DNA from: an uncultured Acidobacteriota bacterium
GTDB lineage: Bacteria > Acidobacteriota > Terriglobia > UBA7540
Length of the DNA: 36,607 bases
Direction: 5' to 3'
Assembly: GCA_964459065.1 (NCBI GenBank)
Contig: CAYWMN010000002.1
Coordinates: 1 to 36,607 of the forward strand
Part shown: positions 17,322 through 26,224 of the stretch, in pieces
Position numbering within the stretch: position 1 is the stretch's first letter
Layout: each line of letters starts with the position of its first letter
Notes under the pieces: model-generated
Seen by the model: only the letters and a program-made list of their open reading frames with translations
What the model was told of the DNA's origin: nothing
Databases searched by the model: none
Position numbers and translations under genes: made by a program

Positions 17322-18368
17322 CTATCCGTAAAAGATTTCGGCCGTCGCCAGCATTTCAGGATCGACAAACTTGAGTTTTGTCATCGCCTCCGAAAGCGGA
17401 ATCGACGTGATTTGGTTCCCCCTCAGGCAAACCATGTGACCGAATTTCCCTTCGTGAATCAGGTCAACCGCTTTGACCCCGTAGCGAGTCCCAAGCACAC
17501 GGTCAAAGGCGGTCGGAGAGCCTCCACGCTGGGTATGGCCAAGGACGGTGACCCGCGTTTCGTAACCCGTCCTTTTTTCAACCTCATTCGCAATCACTTC
17601 CCCGACTCCGCCCAGGTGCACGTGCCCGAACTGATCCAGCTTCTGATTCTTCGTCACCACCTGCTCAAAACCATCCAGTTTAAAGCCTTCCGCCACAACC
17701 ACGATTGAAAACAGCCGTCCGCGGGCGTGACGCTTGGCAAGGATCTTGCAGATGTCGTCAATGCTCATCGGACGTTCCGGAATCAGAATGCAGTCGGCTC
17801 CACCGGCCAAGCCTCCCACAACAGCAATCCAACCGGTATGCCGGCCCATGACCTCAACCACCATCACCCGCTGATGGGATTCCGCCGTGGTGTGCAGGCG
17901 GTCAATGGCTTCCGTTACGATCGATACGGCGGTGTCAAAGCCGAAGGTTTGATCGGTCCCTTCCACGTCGTTATCGATAGTCTTGGGCACACCGACAACC
18001 TTAAAGTTTTCCTTCGCAAGGCTGCGCGCCACGCCCAGCGTATCTTCGCCGCCGATGGCAATCAAGCAATCAAGGCCCAACTGCTGCATGTTTTCGAGCA
18101 ACGCTTTCTTGTCTTCGGGATCCTTCAGAGGGTTGGTCCTGGAAGTGCCCAGAATTGTACCGCCGCGGGGCAAAATCCCTGAGACCTTCATCAAGTCCAG
18201 CGGTTCGACGGTGCCCTTCACAAGTCCGAGCCAACCATTCTTGATTCCCATCGTTTCGTAACCCAGCATGTAGGCGCGACGCACCACTGCACGGATTACC
18301 GCGTTCAGGCCGGGACAGTCTCCACCACCCGTTAAAATGCCGATTGCTTGCTTACCATTTCTAGACAT
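17322..18368 (-). CDS. pfkA: 6-phosphofructokinase (phosphoryl donor uncertain, ATP or PPi)
   Basis: Motifs GILTGGGDCPGLNA, IGGEDT, PKTIDND and VMGRHTG. Full-length family-A PFK. Confidence 0.92.
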   Translation of the reverse strand: MSRNGKQAIGILTGGGDCPGLNAVIRAVVRRAYMLGYETMGIKNGWLGLVKGTVEPLDLMKVSGILPRGGTILGTSRTNPLKDPEDKKALLENMQQLGLDCLIAIGGEDTLGVARSLAKENFKVVGVPKTIDNDVEGTDQTFGFDTAVSIVTEAIDRLHTTAESHQRVMVVEVMGRHTGWIAVVGGLAGGADCILIPERPMSIDDICKILAKRHARGRLFSIVVVAEGFKLDGFEQVVTKNQKLDQFGHVHLGGVGEVIANEVEKRTGYETRVTVLGHTQRGGSPTAFDRVLGTRYGVKAVDLIHEGKFGHMVCLRGNQITSIPLSEAMTKLKFVDPEMLATAEIFYG

Positions 18369-18481
18369 TGTTGATTAATTCTCCTCGTGAAATAGAGTTC
18401 TTCTCGCCAGCGGCAGGGATCGACTTCCCTGCCCTAACCAGCCCTTCCGGTCAAATCCCCCCTTAAAACCCGAAATATACA

Positions 18482-18510
18482 TATCTATCAGGAAACCGCA
18501 ACCGGGTCAA
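18482..18510 (-). promoter_or_regulatory. Putative pfk promoter
   Basis: Minus strand reads TTGACC (18510-18505), a 17-nt spacer, then TAGATA (18487-18482). The ~105-nt leader contains an 8-bp hairpin GGCAGGGA/TCCCTGCC (18412-18433) and the RBS GAGGAG. Confidence 0.4.
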
Positions 18511-18521
18511 ATGCTTGCCGG

Positions 18522-19136
18522 TCAGCGGGCAAAGTACGAATGCACAAAATACCAGACTCCCAGGACAACCAGCATAATGTTCGCCACCCGAAACAGGTAG
18601 CGGTTGAAGTCCTTATGCAGGCCGGTTCCCCAAGCCATCAGCCAGACCGATGCGAACGCGGCCCCGTAATAGCCCACCACGCCCCCCGCAAAAAACGGCA
18701 TGATGTGCCAATAACCCGCCGTGCGCCCTTCGGCGATGACCGGCCCGGCAATGATCAGCCAGAAAACCCAGGTCGCGGGTGCCGTGACCTCAAACAGGGT
18801 CGCTAAAGACACGCTGCTCATAGACATCGACCAGGAGTGCGCCTTCCCGTCCGGGTTTTTTCCTGGCATACTCCGGAGCGAGAGGCCTCCAAACACCGCC
18901 AACGCAACGCCGCCTGCATAGGCGGTGTAGTGCGCAATGTTGAGGGGGATATATTGGTAGAAGAAAAAAGTGATCACCAGGAAAAGGCCGTCCACCAACG
19001 TGGGTGGCCCGACCAAAAGCACCGAGGCAGTCAGCCACCGGCGCGCCGTCGCCTGAGTGAGAGCAATCAAATGCAGCGGGCTCGGAATCAAACCTCCGAC
19101 CACCCCCATGCCCAATCCTAGAAGTAAAAGGTCCAT
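18522..19136 (-). CDS. Integral membrane protein (~6 predicted TM segments), family not recognised
   Basis: 204 aa, strongly hydrophobic with periodic charged loops. ATG start. Confidence 0.65.
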   Translation of the reverse strand: MDLLLLGLGMGVVGGLIPSPLHLIALTQATARRWLTASVLLVGPPTLVDGLFLVITFFFYQYIPLNIAHYTAYAGGVALAVFGGLSLRSMPGKNPDGKAHSWSMSMSSVSLATLFEVTAPATWVFWLIIAGPVIAEGRTAGYWHIMPFFAGGVVGYYGAAFASVWLMAWGTGLHKDFNRYLFRVANIMLVVLGVWYFVHSYFAR

Positions 19137-19210
19137 AATCTGCTTACCGCAGCCCGGTCTGCCGGGCCTGCGCCAGCCGCAAAGCAGGCCCGGACTTCGC
19201 CGAGTCCGCG

Positions 19211-20128
19211 CTAAACCAGGACAAGGTCCGGATGGTAGATGCTGCCTTTGACATGCCTCGCCACCGCAATCAAACGCCGTTCCGGATTCATCACCTTCAG
19301 CAACGCGACGGATTGCGATTGTCCTGTGCCGCGCCCGAAACGGTCGGCCTGCGCCAGCTCAAAACGGTGCCCGTGACGCACGCTTTTCTCCTCTCGCCCG
19401 CGGACCACCAGTTCCGGACAATCCGGCAAAAGTTCCTCAAGAGGCACCAGACAACTTGCGGCGGTTCCCTCGCGGGCCGCCTCCTCAAGCCTCTCCAAAG
19501 AAACCGCGCGGTCCAGCTTGAATTCCGCCACGGTGGTGCGCCGCAAAGTTTCCAGGTGCGCCCCGCACCCGAGTTCCCGGCCGATATCGTGAGCGAGCGA
19601 GCGGACGTAAGTTCCACCGGAACACTCCGCCGCAAAACGCGCCCGATCGCCCTCGAACGACACTAACTCGAAAGCGTAGACTTCCACTTCCACCGGCTCC
19701 AGATGGACAGGTTTATTCTGGCGCGCCAGCTGATAAGCCCGGGTCCCGGCAATTCGCTTGGCCGAATAGGCTGGAGGAGTCTGCATCAAGCGGCCGGTAA
19801 ACTCGCGGAAGAGCTTTTCAAGATCCGATGTCTGGAACTCCACCGGGCGGGCCTCGGAAGTTGGCTTGCCCGTGGCATCGTAAGTATCGGTCGAAAAACC
19901 GAACCGCATGGTGCCTTCATAAGCTTTTCGCGATTTGAGGTAGAACTGCGCGAAGCGCGTCGCCTTGCCGACGGAAAGAGGCAAGACGCCGGTGGCAAAA
20001 GGATCGAGAGTACCGAAATGCCCGACCTGCCGGATTCCCAACAGCCGCCGGACGCACGCCACCACGTCATGCGAAGTCATGCGGGGGGGTTTGTCAATAA
20101 TCAAGACTCCGGAAATGGGTCGATCCAT
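19211..20128 (-). CDS. truB: tRNA pseudouridine(55) synthase
   Basis: Motifs GVLIIDKPPRMTSHDVV and GHFGTLDPFATGVL (catalytic Asp). ATG 20128; an alternative GTG lies at 20134. Confidence 0.93.
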   Translation of the reverse strand: MDRPISGVLIIDKPPRMTSHDVVACVRRLLGIRQVGHFGTLDPFATGVLPLSVGKATRFAQFYLKSRKAYEGTMRFGFSTDTYDATGKPTSEARPVEFQTSDLEKLFREFTGRLMQTPPAYSAKRIAGTRAYQLARQNKPVHLEPVEVEVYAFELVSFEGDRARFAAECSGGTYVRSLAHDIGRELGCGAHLETLRRTTVAEFKLDRAVSLERLEEAAREGTAASCLVPLEELLPDCPELVVRGREEKSVRHGHRFELAQADRFGRGTGQSQSVALLKVMNPERRLIAVARHVKGSIYHPDLVLV

Positions 20129-20265
20129 GCACACGCCTGTCGAATCTTCACTGGGGTGAAGTTGATGAGCCTTCTGTCATTCAAAAACACGTTGATGAAG
20201 CCGCTATTCAGATGGAGAAACTAAGACCTTCGCTTCTAACGGGAGGTGCGCACAGCATCCTTCCC

Positions 20266-20619
20266 TCAACTCTGGTCGTGGATCTTTTCGAGCAGAGATT
20301 CAACCCTGAGGGCGTCTTGGGGGCCATGATCTAAATTGAAGACCAGTTGGGGCACCCGCTGCAGCCCCAGCCGCAGGCCGATCTCGTGCCGAAGGTATCC
20401 GGCCGCCGAGGACAAACCTTCCAGGGAGCTTTGCTGGGCATCCTCTTCGCCCAGGACGCGGACCCAAACGCGCGCAACACGCAAGTCCGGGCTCAGATCA
20501 ACACGCGTAACGTCCACCGACCCGATCCGGGGATCCTTCAGTTCCAGCAGGATCATCTCCACCACTTCCATCCGGATTTGATCCTGGAGCCTCTCATGGC
20601 GGTACCCGGAGGCGCTCAT
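20266..20619 (-). CDS. rbfA: Ribosome-binding factor A
   Basis: 117 aa. Contains RLQDQIRMEVVEMIL.ELKDPRIG.VDVTRVDLSPDLRVARVWV. Canonical position between infB and truB. Confidence 0.93.
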   Translation of the reverse strand: MSASGYRHERLQDQIRMEVVEMILLELKDPRIGSVDVTRVDLSPDLRVARVWVRVLGEEDAQQSSLEGLSSAAGYLRHEIGLRLGLQRVPQLVFNLDHGPQDALRVESLLEKIHDQS

Positions 20620-20646
20620 CTCAATTTCCCTCCACCCGGCAAGCCC

Positions 20647-20928
20647 TCAAAAAAATTCAATCTCGTGGCGGGCGACGTCATCTCCAAGGATGTTTTCGGA
20701 TTCCCGAAGAACCTGTTGGAAAACGGATTCGAGCAGCGGCCTGCTGTCTGAGATGGAAACAATCCCCAGGGTGGCCCGTTGCCACACATCCTGGGCGTCC
20801 ATCTCTGAGACTGCCACGTTGAATCTGGACCGGAGACGGTCGCGCACCTTGCGCAAAACCGCCCGTTTCTCCTTAAGGGAATGCGCGTAGGGCAGGTGGA
20901 TTTCCAGAGTCAATACGCCGACAGGCAT
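20647..20928 (-). CDS. DUF503 (YlxP-like) protein
   Basis: 93 aa. MPVGVLTLEIHLPYAHSLKEKRAVLRKVRDRLRSRFNVAVSE is the typical DUF503 pattern. The usual location between infB and rbfA. Confidence 0.85.
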   Translation of the reverse strand: MPVGVLTLEIHLPYAHSLKEKRAVLRKVRDRLRSRFNVAVSEMDAQDVWQRATLGIVSISDSRPLLESVFQQVLRESENILGDDVARHEIEFF

Positions 20929-20946
20929 TTGAGAAACATCACCCGC

Positions 20947-23514
20947 TCAGGCCAGTGCGGGCTCCATAACACGCTCAACGGTGAAGGCTTCGATGACATC
21001 GCCCTTTTTCAGGTCATTGAAGTTCTCCAGGGCGATTCCGCACTCGGTGCCGAACTTCACTTCCGGCACGTCCTCCTTAAACCGGCGGACGGACCGGACC
21101 TTCCCTTCATAAACGACGACGTTATCACGCAGCAGCCGGACCTTGGCATCCCGGGACACTTTGCCCTCCTGCACGTAGCAGCCGGCCACCGTGCCGACCT
21201 TGGAGATGTGGAAGGTATCCCGGACTTCCACCCGGCCCAACGAGGTTTCCTTGAACACGGCTGAAAGCAAGCCCACCATGGCCTTCTTAATTTCTTCGAC
21301 GACCTCGTAGATGACGGTATGGAGGCGAATATCCACTTTTTCAAGCTGGGCCAGATCATTGGCCTTGCGCTCCGGCCGAACGTTGAACCCCACAATCACC
21401 GCGTTGGAAGCCGAGGCCAGGAGCACGTCGGTTTCCGTAATGGCGCCGACGCCGGCATGAATAACCTTGCTTTTGACCCTATCGTTGCCCAGCTTACCCA
21501 ACGTCTCGGAAAGCACCTCGACCGAACCCTGAACGTCCGCTTTGATAATCAGGGCCAGTTCCTTGATTTCGCCGGCCGCCATCTTCGCATGCAGATGTTC
21601 AAGCGTCAGCCGCGAGGACTTAGCCAGGGCGGCTTCACGCAATTTGCTTTGCCGGTGCACGGAGATCTGCCGGGCCTTGGTGGTATCCTCCAAGGCCTGC
21701 AGGCGGTCGCCGGCCTGCGGAACGTCTTCCAGGCCAAGGATCTCAACCGGCGTGCTGGGAGAAGCCTCCCGGCAGGGCCGCCCGTGATCATCAAACATGG
21801 CCCGAACCTTTCCGTAAATTGCACCAATGATAAAAGAATCGCCGACGCGCAGGGTGCCGTTCTGGACAATCACGGTGGCCACCGGACCTCGGCCCTTGTC
21901 GAGTTTCGCCTCCAGCACGGTTCCGGAAGCCAAACGCGCCGGGTTGGCCTTAAGCGCCTGCATATCCGACACCAGCAAAATCATTTCGAGCAAGGTATCC
22001 AGATTCAATCGCTGCTTGGCGGAAACTTCCACGGTGACGGTCTCGCCGCCCCAGTCCTCGGCCATCAGCCCCCGGTCCGCCAGTTGCTTTTTGACCTTTT
22101 CGGGCATGGCCCCGGGCTTGTCAATCTTGTTGATGGCCACCAGGATGGGGACCTGCGCGGCACGGGCGTGGTTGATGGCTTCCAGGGTCTGGGGCATCAC
22201 CCCGTCATCGGCGGCGACAACCAGCACGACCACATCGGTGACCTTGGCGCCGCGGGCGCGCATCAAGGTGAAAGCCTCGTGGCCGGGCGTATCCAGGAAG
22301 ACGATCTTTCGTCCCTGGGTTTCCACATGATAGGCGCCGATATGCTGGGTAATTCCTCCCGCTTCGCCGGCCGCCACCCGCGCTTCCCGAATCGCATCGA
22401 GCAGGGAGGTTTTACCGTGGTCAACATGGCCCATGACCGTGACGACGGGAGCCCGGGGCTCCAGGTCTTCCTTGCTGTCAGGGACTTCGCTTTCCTGGAA
22501 AACTTCGTCCTCAAAACTGATGATCTTGCTCTCGGCACCGAAGGCGCGCGAGATCTCAGAAGCGGTGTCACTGTCCAAAGTCTGGTTGATCGTGGCAAAG
22601 ACGCCCTTGTCCAGCAGGCGCTTCAAAACGTCCCGCGCGCGAACTCCCAGTTTCTCAGAAAGCTCCTTGACGCTGACGCCTTCGGTAATGGTAATGGTGC
22701 GCGTAATCGGAACCTCTTCGGGCACTGGAGGACGGGCGGGCGTTGGAGCCGGGCGCCTCCCGGACGGGGTGGGCCGGCGTCCCGGCCGCCCGGCCGCTGC
22801 ACCGCCCGGACCCTGGCGGCTGGCCGTGGGATGCATGGGGCGCGGTTCACCGGGGCGTCGATGACTATGGCCACGGCTGGGAACGGCTTTGGGAAAACCC
22901 GCCGCAGGATAGATGGGCTGCTTGGAAGGAGGCAGCTTTGATCTTCGCGCTGGTTTGGCGGCTTTTGAACCGGAACCGGTGGCGTCAGCAAGCTTTTCGG
23001 AAATGACAGGCCTGCCCCGGCTGCCGGCCGGCGGGGCGGTCTTGGCCGCCGCAGGAGCCGCGGAAACACGTTCACCAACCTTTCCGGCGCGGGGAGGGGC
23101 AACCTTGGGGACTCCGGCAGCCGGCGGCTGCTCCACGCGCCCCGCAGGGGGACGCGGAGGTGGAGGCGGAGCCACCGTCTTGCGGGCTGCGGCCTTGATT
23201 TCAGCAATCGATCTTCGAAAGGACTTGGGAGATGATTCGATTCCCTTGCGCATGGCCGGCCGGGAAGACGCCGAGGTCCCGGCCGCCCCGCCTTTGGGGC
23301 GGGCAGCGGTTTTGGAAGCGGCCTCCTTCTTTTCGGAGCCAGCTTCGCTCCCCTCACCATTGAAGTGCTTGCGCACTCGATCCGCTGTTGCGTCGTCGAG
23401 CGAACTGGAGTGAGACTTCTTGTCGGTCACGCCCAGTTGTCTGAGGCAGTCAAGGACTACCCGGCTTTTTACCTCGAGCTCTCTTGCCAGCTCATTGATT
23501 CGAATACCGCCCAT
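20947..23514 (-). CDS. infB: Translation initiation factor IF-2
   Basis: 855 aa. N-domain [17 protein letters not shown], a P/A/R/G-rich variable linker, and the G-domain motifs [24 protein letters not shown]. Confidence 0.97.
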   Translation of the reverse strand: MGGIRINELARELEVKSRVVLDCLRQLGVTDKKSHSSSLDDATADRVRKHFNGEGSEAGSEKKEAASKTAARPKGGAAGTSASSRPAMRKGIESSPKSFRRSIAEIKAAARKTVAPPPPPRPPAGRVEQPPAAGVPKVAPPRAGKVGERVSAAPAAAKTAPPAGSRGRPVISEKLADATGSGSKAAKPARRSKLPPSKQPIYPAAGFPKAVPSRGHSHRRPGEPRPMHPTASRQGPGGAAAGRPGRRPTPSGRRPAPTPARPPVPEEVPITRTITITEGVSVKELSEKLGVRARDVLKRLLDKGVFATINQTLDSDTASEISRAFGAESKIISFEDEVFQESEVPDSKEDLEPRAPVVTVMGHVDHGKTSLLDAIREARVAAGEAGGITQHIGAYHVETQGRKIVFLDTPGHEAFTLMRARGAKVTDVVVLVVAADDGVMPQTLEAINHARAAQVPILVAINKIDKPGAMPEKVKKQLADRGLMAEDWGGETVTVEVSAKQRLNLDTLLEMILLVSDMQALKANPARLASGTVLEAKLDKGRGPVATVIVQNGTLRVGDSFIIGAIYGKVRAMFDDHGRPCREASPSTPVEILGLEDVPQAGDRLQALEDTTKARQISVHRQSKLREAALAKSSRLTLEHLHAKMAAGEIKELALIIKADVQGSVEVLSETLGKLGNDRVKSKVIHAGVGAITETDVLLASASNAVIVGFNVRPERKANDLAQLEKVDIRLHTVIYEVVEEIKKAMVGLLSAVFKETSLGRVEVRDTFHISKVGTVAGCYVQEGKVSRDAKVRLLRDNVVVYEGKVRSVRRFKEDVPEVKFGTECGIALENFNDLKKGDVIEAFTVERVMEPALA

Positions 23515-23598
23515 CTCACCTCTTCAATTCTCTAAATGCCTGGGGAACTAATCTCGGCCACACTATCTTTCTCATAGTGTAGCGTAATTCCGCTGAGA

Positions 23599-25203
23599 TT
23601 ACGTCTTCTCATCCCCGGAACCTTCGGCTTCCCCGTTATCCAAGGCCGCCTTTTCCTCGGCAGCTTCTTCGGAGGGCGGCGCAACCGCCTCATCCTCCTG
23701 CTCGGCAGGCTCGGCAACTTCTGCTTCGTCCGCCTCAACCGGCTCGCTCGCTTCAGCCGGTTCGGCTTGTTCAGCCAATTCCCCGGCCGCTTCGGCGGTC
23801 TCGGTTTCCGCCAGAACCTCCGCCTCGTCCGATCCTTCCGCCAATTGCGCGGCCGCTTCAGCTTCTGCAGCAGCTGCAGCAGCAGCTGCAGCTTCGGCAG
23901 CTGCGGCTTCAGCAGCTTCCTGAGCCTCCAGCTCCGCCTGCCCCTTTTCAAAGTAGTCGGTCACCACCAGCCGGATGCGATCGATGGTCTTTTCGCCGAT
24001 GCCCGGAATCTCCAGCAGTTCTTCCGGCGTCATTTGCGCCAATTGCTCAACGGTTTCAAGGCCGTGGTCGCGCAAGCGGTCGAGCGTTTTTTCTCCCAGG
24101 CCTTCCAGGTCTGAAATCGGAGCGCCGCGCAACGCCATCGCCGCCATCTGCGACTCAATTTCCCGGCGCTTTTCTTCTTCGCTCTTGATATCGATCTGCC
24201 AGCCCAGCAACTTGGCGGCCAGCCGGACGTTTTGTCCCTTCTTGCCGATCGCCAGGGAAAGCTGGGAATCGTCAACAATCACTTCCAGGTGCCGCTGCTC
24301 GATGTCCACGATGGAAACGTGGTTGATCTTGGCGGGACTCAGCGCGTTGGCGGCAAAGGTTACGGGGTCTTCGTTATACTCGATGATGTCAATTTTCTCC
24401 CCGCGCAGTTCGCGAATCACGGATTGGACGCGCATGCCTTTCATGCCGACGCAGGCGCCCACGCAATCGACGTCCGGATCGCGGGAGTAAACGGCCACCT
24501 TGGTTCGCTCGCCCGCCTCGCGGGCAATCGCCCGGATGACCACCGTGCTGTCATAGATTTCCGGGACTTCCATTTCAAACAGTTTCTGCACCAGGCTTGA
24601 GTCGGCCCGGGAAGCAATCACCTGCGGGCCGCGTGCAGCGCGGTCCACCATGGTGATGACCGCTCGCACGCGTTCGCCGATCTGATAGGTTTCCAGCCGC
24701 GACTGCTCGCGCCGGGGCATCCGGGCCTCGGTCCGGCCAAGGTCCAGAATCAGGTCGGGGCCTTCCATGCGCTTGACGGTGCAGTTGACCAGCTCGCCGA
24801 GCCGCTGGCTGTATTCCGCATAGACGGTGTCCCGCTCGGCCTCCCGCACTTTTTGGAAGATCACCTGCTTGGCCGTCTGCGCCGCGATGCGTCCCAGTAC
24901 GTCGGTCGCCTTGGGGATCCGGACGAATTCCTCCACGGCAGCTTCGGGATTCAGCTTGAGAGCTTCCTGAAGGGAAATTTCATGGTCGGGATCGGCGACG
25001 GCCTCAACCACTTTCTTGACCGCGTAAACTTCCACCAGCCCGGTGTCTTTGTTGAAGTGCGATTCCAGGTCTTCGACGCTCTTATAGTATTTTCGCGTCG
25101 CCACCAGGATGGCATCCTCGACGGCGGCGACCACAATTTCAGGGTCGATGCCTTTTTCCCGGCTCAGTTGGTCAATCGTTTGATAAAGAAGACTGGTCGA
25201 CAC
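23599..25203 (-). CDS. nusA: Transcription termination/antitermination factor NusA with a ~115-aa acidic C-terminal tail
   Basis: 534 aa with the NusA N-domain, S1 and two KH regions (GACVGMKGMRVQ, AIGKKGQNVRLA) and an HhH region (IPGIGEKTIDRI). A long E/A-rich tail follows. Confidence 0.97.
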   Translation of the reverse strand: MSTSLLYQTIDQLSREKGIDPEIVVAAVEDAILVATRKYYKSVEDLESHFNKDTGLVEVYAVKKVVEAVADPDHEISLQEALKLNPEAAVEEFVRIPKATDVLGRIAAQTAKQVIFQKVREAERDTVYAEYSQRLGELVNCTVKRMEGPDLILDLGRTEARMPRREQSRLETYQIGERVRAVITMVDRAARGPQVIASRADSSLVQKLFEMEVPEIYDSTVVIRAIAREAGERTKVAVYSRDPDVDCVGACVGMKGMRVQSVIRELRGEKIDIIEYNEDPVTFAANALSPAKINHVSIVDIEQRHLEVIVDDSQLSLAIGKKGQNVRLAAKLLGWQIDIKSEEEKRREIESQMAAMALRGAPISDLEGLGEKTLDRLRDHGLETVEQLAQMTPEELLEIPGIGEKTIDRIRLVVTDYFEKGQAELEAQEAAEAAAAEAAAAAAAAAEAEAAAQLAEGSDEAEVLAETETAEAAGELAEQAEPAEASEPVEADEAEVAEPAEQEDEAVAPPSEEAAEEKAALDNGEAEGSGDEKT

Positions 25204-25265
25204 AGTTCACTGTCCTCCGCCTGGCATGTCTCGGGCCCGGTTTTCCATCGGACCCGCCATCCCTG

Positions 25266-25727
25266 CTATAGCTCCGGCAGAAGCCGGGCTTTCGAAATAT
25301 TGGAAAGCTCAACCTCCGCGATTTCCCCGCCATCTTCAAGGTCCAGCTTAACGCGGCCGGCTTCCATTCCGGCTAGCCTGCCCTCAAGGACTTTCCGTTC
25401 CGCGACCGGCTGGCGCAAAACGACCCGGGCGCGCCGTCCCGTAAAGTAAGCAAACTCCCGGGGCTTCGCCAGCTTCCGGTCCAGGCCCGGCGAAGAGACC
25501 TCCAATAGATAACGCCCTGGGAAGGGATCCTCGACATCCAGGATAGCACTGATCTGTTCGCTCACCAGTGCGCAATCGGCGTGCGAAACGCCTCCCGGCT
25601 TATCGATGTAAACGCGCAGAAGCGGGTTTGATCTTCCGCCCTTCAGTTCAACATCAATAAGCGCCAGTCCCTCGCCCGTCGCCACGCGGTCTGCGATGGC
25701 TTCAATTTGCCCGATATCAATACCCAT
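25266..25727 (-). CDS. rimP: Ribosome maturation factor RimP
   Basis: MGIDIGQIEAIADRVATGEGLALIDVELKGG...LLEVSSPGLDRKL is RimP-like. Start taken at ATG 25727. The track extension to 25823 would read through a terminator-like hairpin. Confidence 0.9.
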   Translation of the reverse strand: MGIDIGQIEAIADRVATGEGLALIDVELKGGRSNPLLRVYIDKPGGVSHADCALVSEQISAILDVEDPFPGRYLLEVSSPGLDRKLAKPREFAYFTGRRARVVLRQPVAERKVLEGRLAGMEAGRVKLDLEDGGEIAEVELSNISKARLLPEL

Positions 25728-25797
25728 CTCGTGTGGAAACGGTTCAGCTTGCCGTTCGTTGGGCGGCACGAGCGACTCGAGGCAATCGTGCGCCAAC

Positions 25798-25821
25798 AAA
25801 AAAGTGGGCTTCCGCCCACCC
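25798..25821 (-). terminator. Intrinsic-terminator-like hairpin plus U6 in the rimP-nusA-infB leader (putative attenuator)
   Basis: Minus-strand RNA reads GGGUGGGC-GGAA-GCCCAC followed by UUUUUU (A-run 25798-25803 on the plus strand). It sits between the putative promoter (25841-25869) and the rimP ATG (25727). Confidence 0.5.
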
Positions 25822-25840
25822 AACTTGCGCCATCCTTGGA

Positions 25841-25869
25841 ATTATAGCCTCCAAGCAGCCTCAGCGCAA
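25841..25869 (-). promoter_or_regulatory. Putative promoter of the rimP-nusA-infB operon
   Basis: Minus strand reads TTGCGC (25869-25864), a 17-nt spacer, then TATAAT (25846-25841). Confidence 0.45.
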
Positions 25870-26145
25870 GCCGCCCGGCCCGGCCAGCAGATTCGTGTCA
25901 TTGGAGTTGCCGGGTGAGGCCGAAGAATTGAGCAGGGCGTTTGGAAAACACGCGGCCCGCTGCAGACCGATAGCCCCTCGGCCCGGCTTTGCGTCGGGCG
26001 ATCAAACGCCGCCGACCGGCAAAGTTTGCAAAAACCCGCCGAGTATATGAGGATAGAAAAGACGCCGCCCGTGGGATCCACGTATCCGGCCCGGAGCCCA
26101 TTACCGCGGCGACGGGATGGCGGCGCGCTCAAAAGCTCGTCGAGC

Positions 26146-26175
26146 TTGACACCTTTTTGAGCGGATTTCTATAAT
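26146..26175 (+). promoter_or_regulatory. Near-consensus sigma70 promoter for lysS
   Basis: TTGACA (26146-26151), an 18-nt spacer, then TATAAT (26170-26175), about 50 nt upstream of the lysS TTG start. Confidence 0.55.
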
Positions 26176-26224
26176 GCCCCTCTCGAACATGGAAATCAAC
26201 GAGGGCAGTGTGAGGGTTTAACCT

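Noticed and set aside
22623-23360. 245-aa same-strand alternative frame inside the infB linker. The 4849..5247 frame inside the rpsB tail is comparable.
   Set aside because: These are overlapping frames of repetitive P/A/R/G or E/A coding sequence. I see no independent start signals, so I treat them as by-products of low-complexity codon repeats.
25728-25823. N-terminal extensions given by the ORF track, for rimP here and likewise for rpsL to 2709, rplM to 6843, rfbD-like to 8732, HAD to 14664, mec to 12196 and moeZ to 11187
   Set aside because: The extended residues are not homologous to the family N-termini. Internal ATG or GTG codons with GGAGG-type sites align with the expected starts. 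The rimP extension would have to encode a terminator hairpin.
25824-26224. Possible tRNA (by analogy with metY upstream of rimP in E. coli) or SRP RNA (AAGCAGCC-like string at 25853-25860)
   Set aside because: There is no GTTCRA T-loop with flanking complementary stems and no GGUCCGGAAGG-type SRP domain IV partner sequence. The similarity is limited to a few nucleotides.
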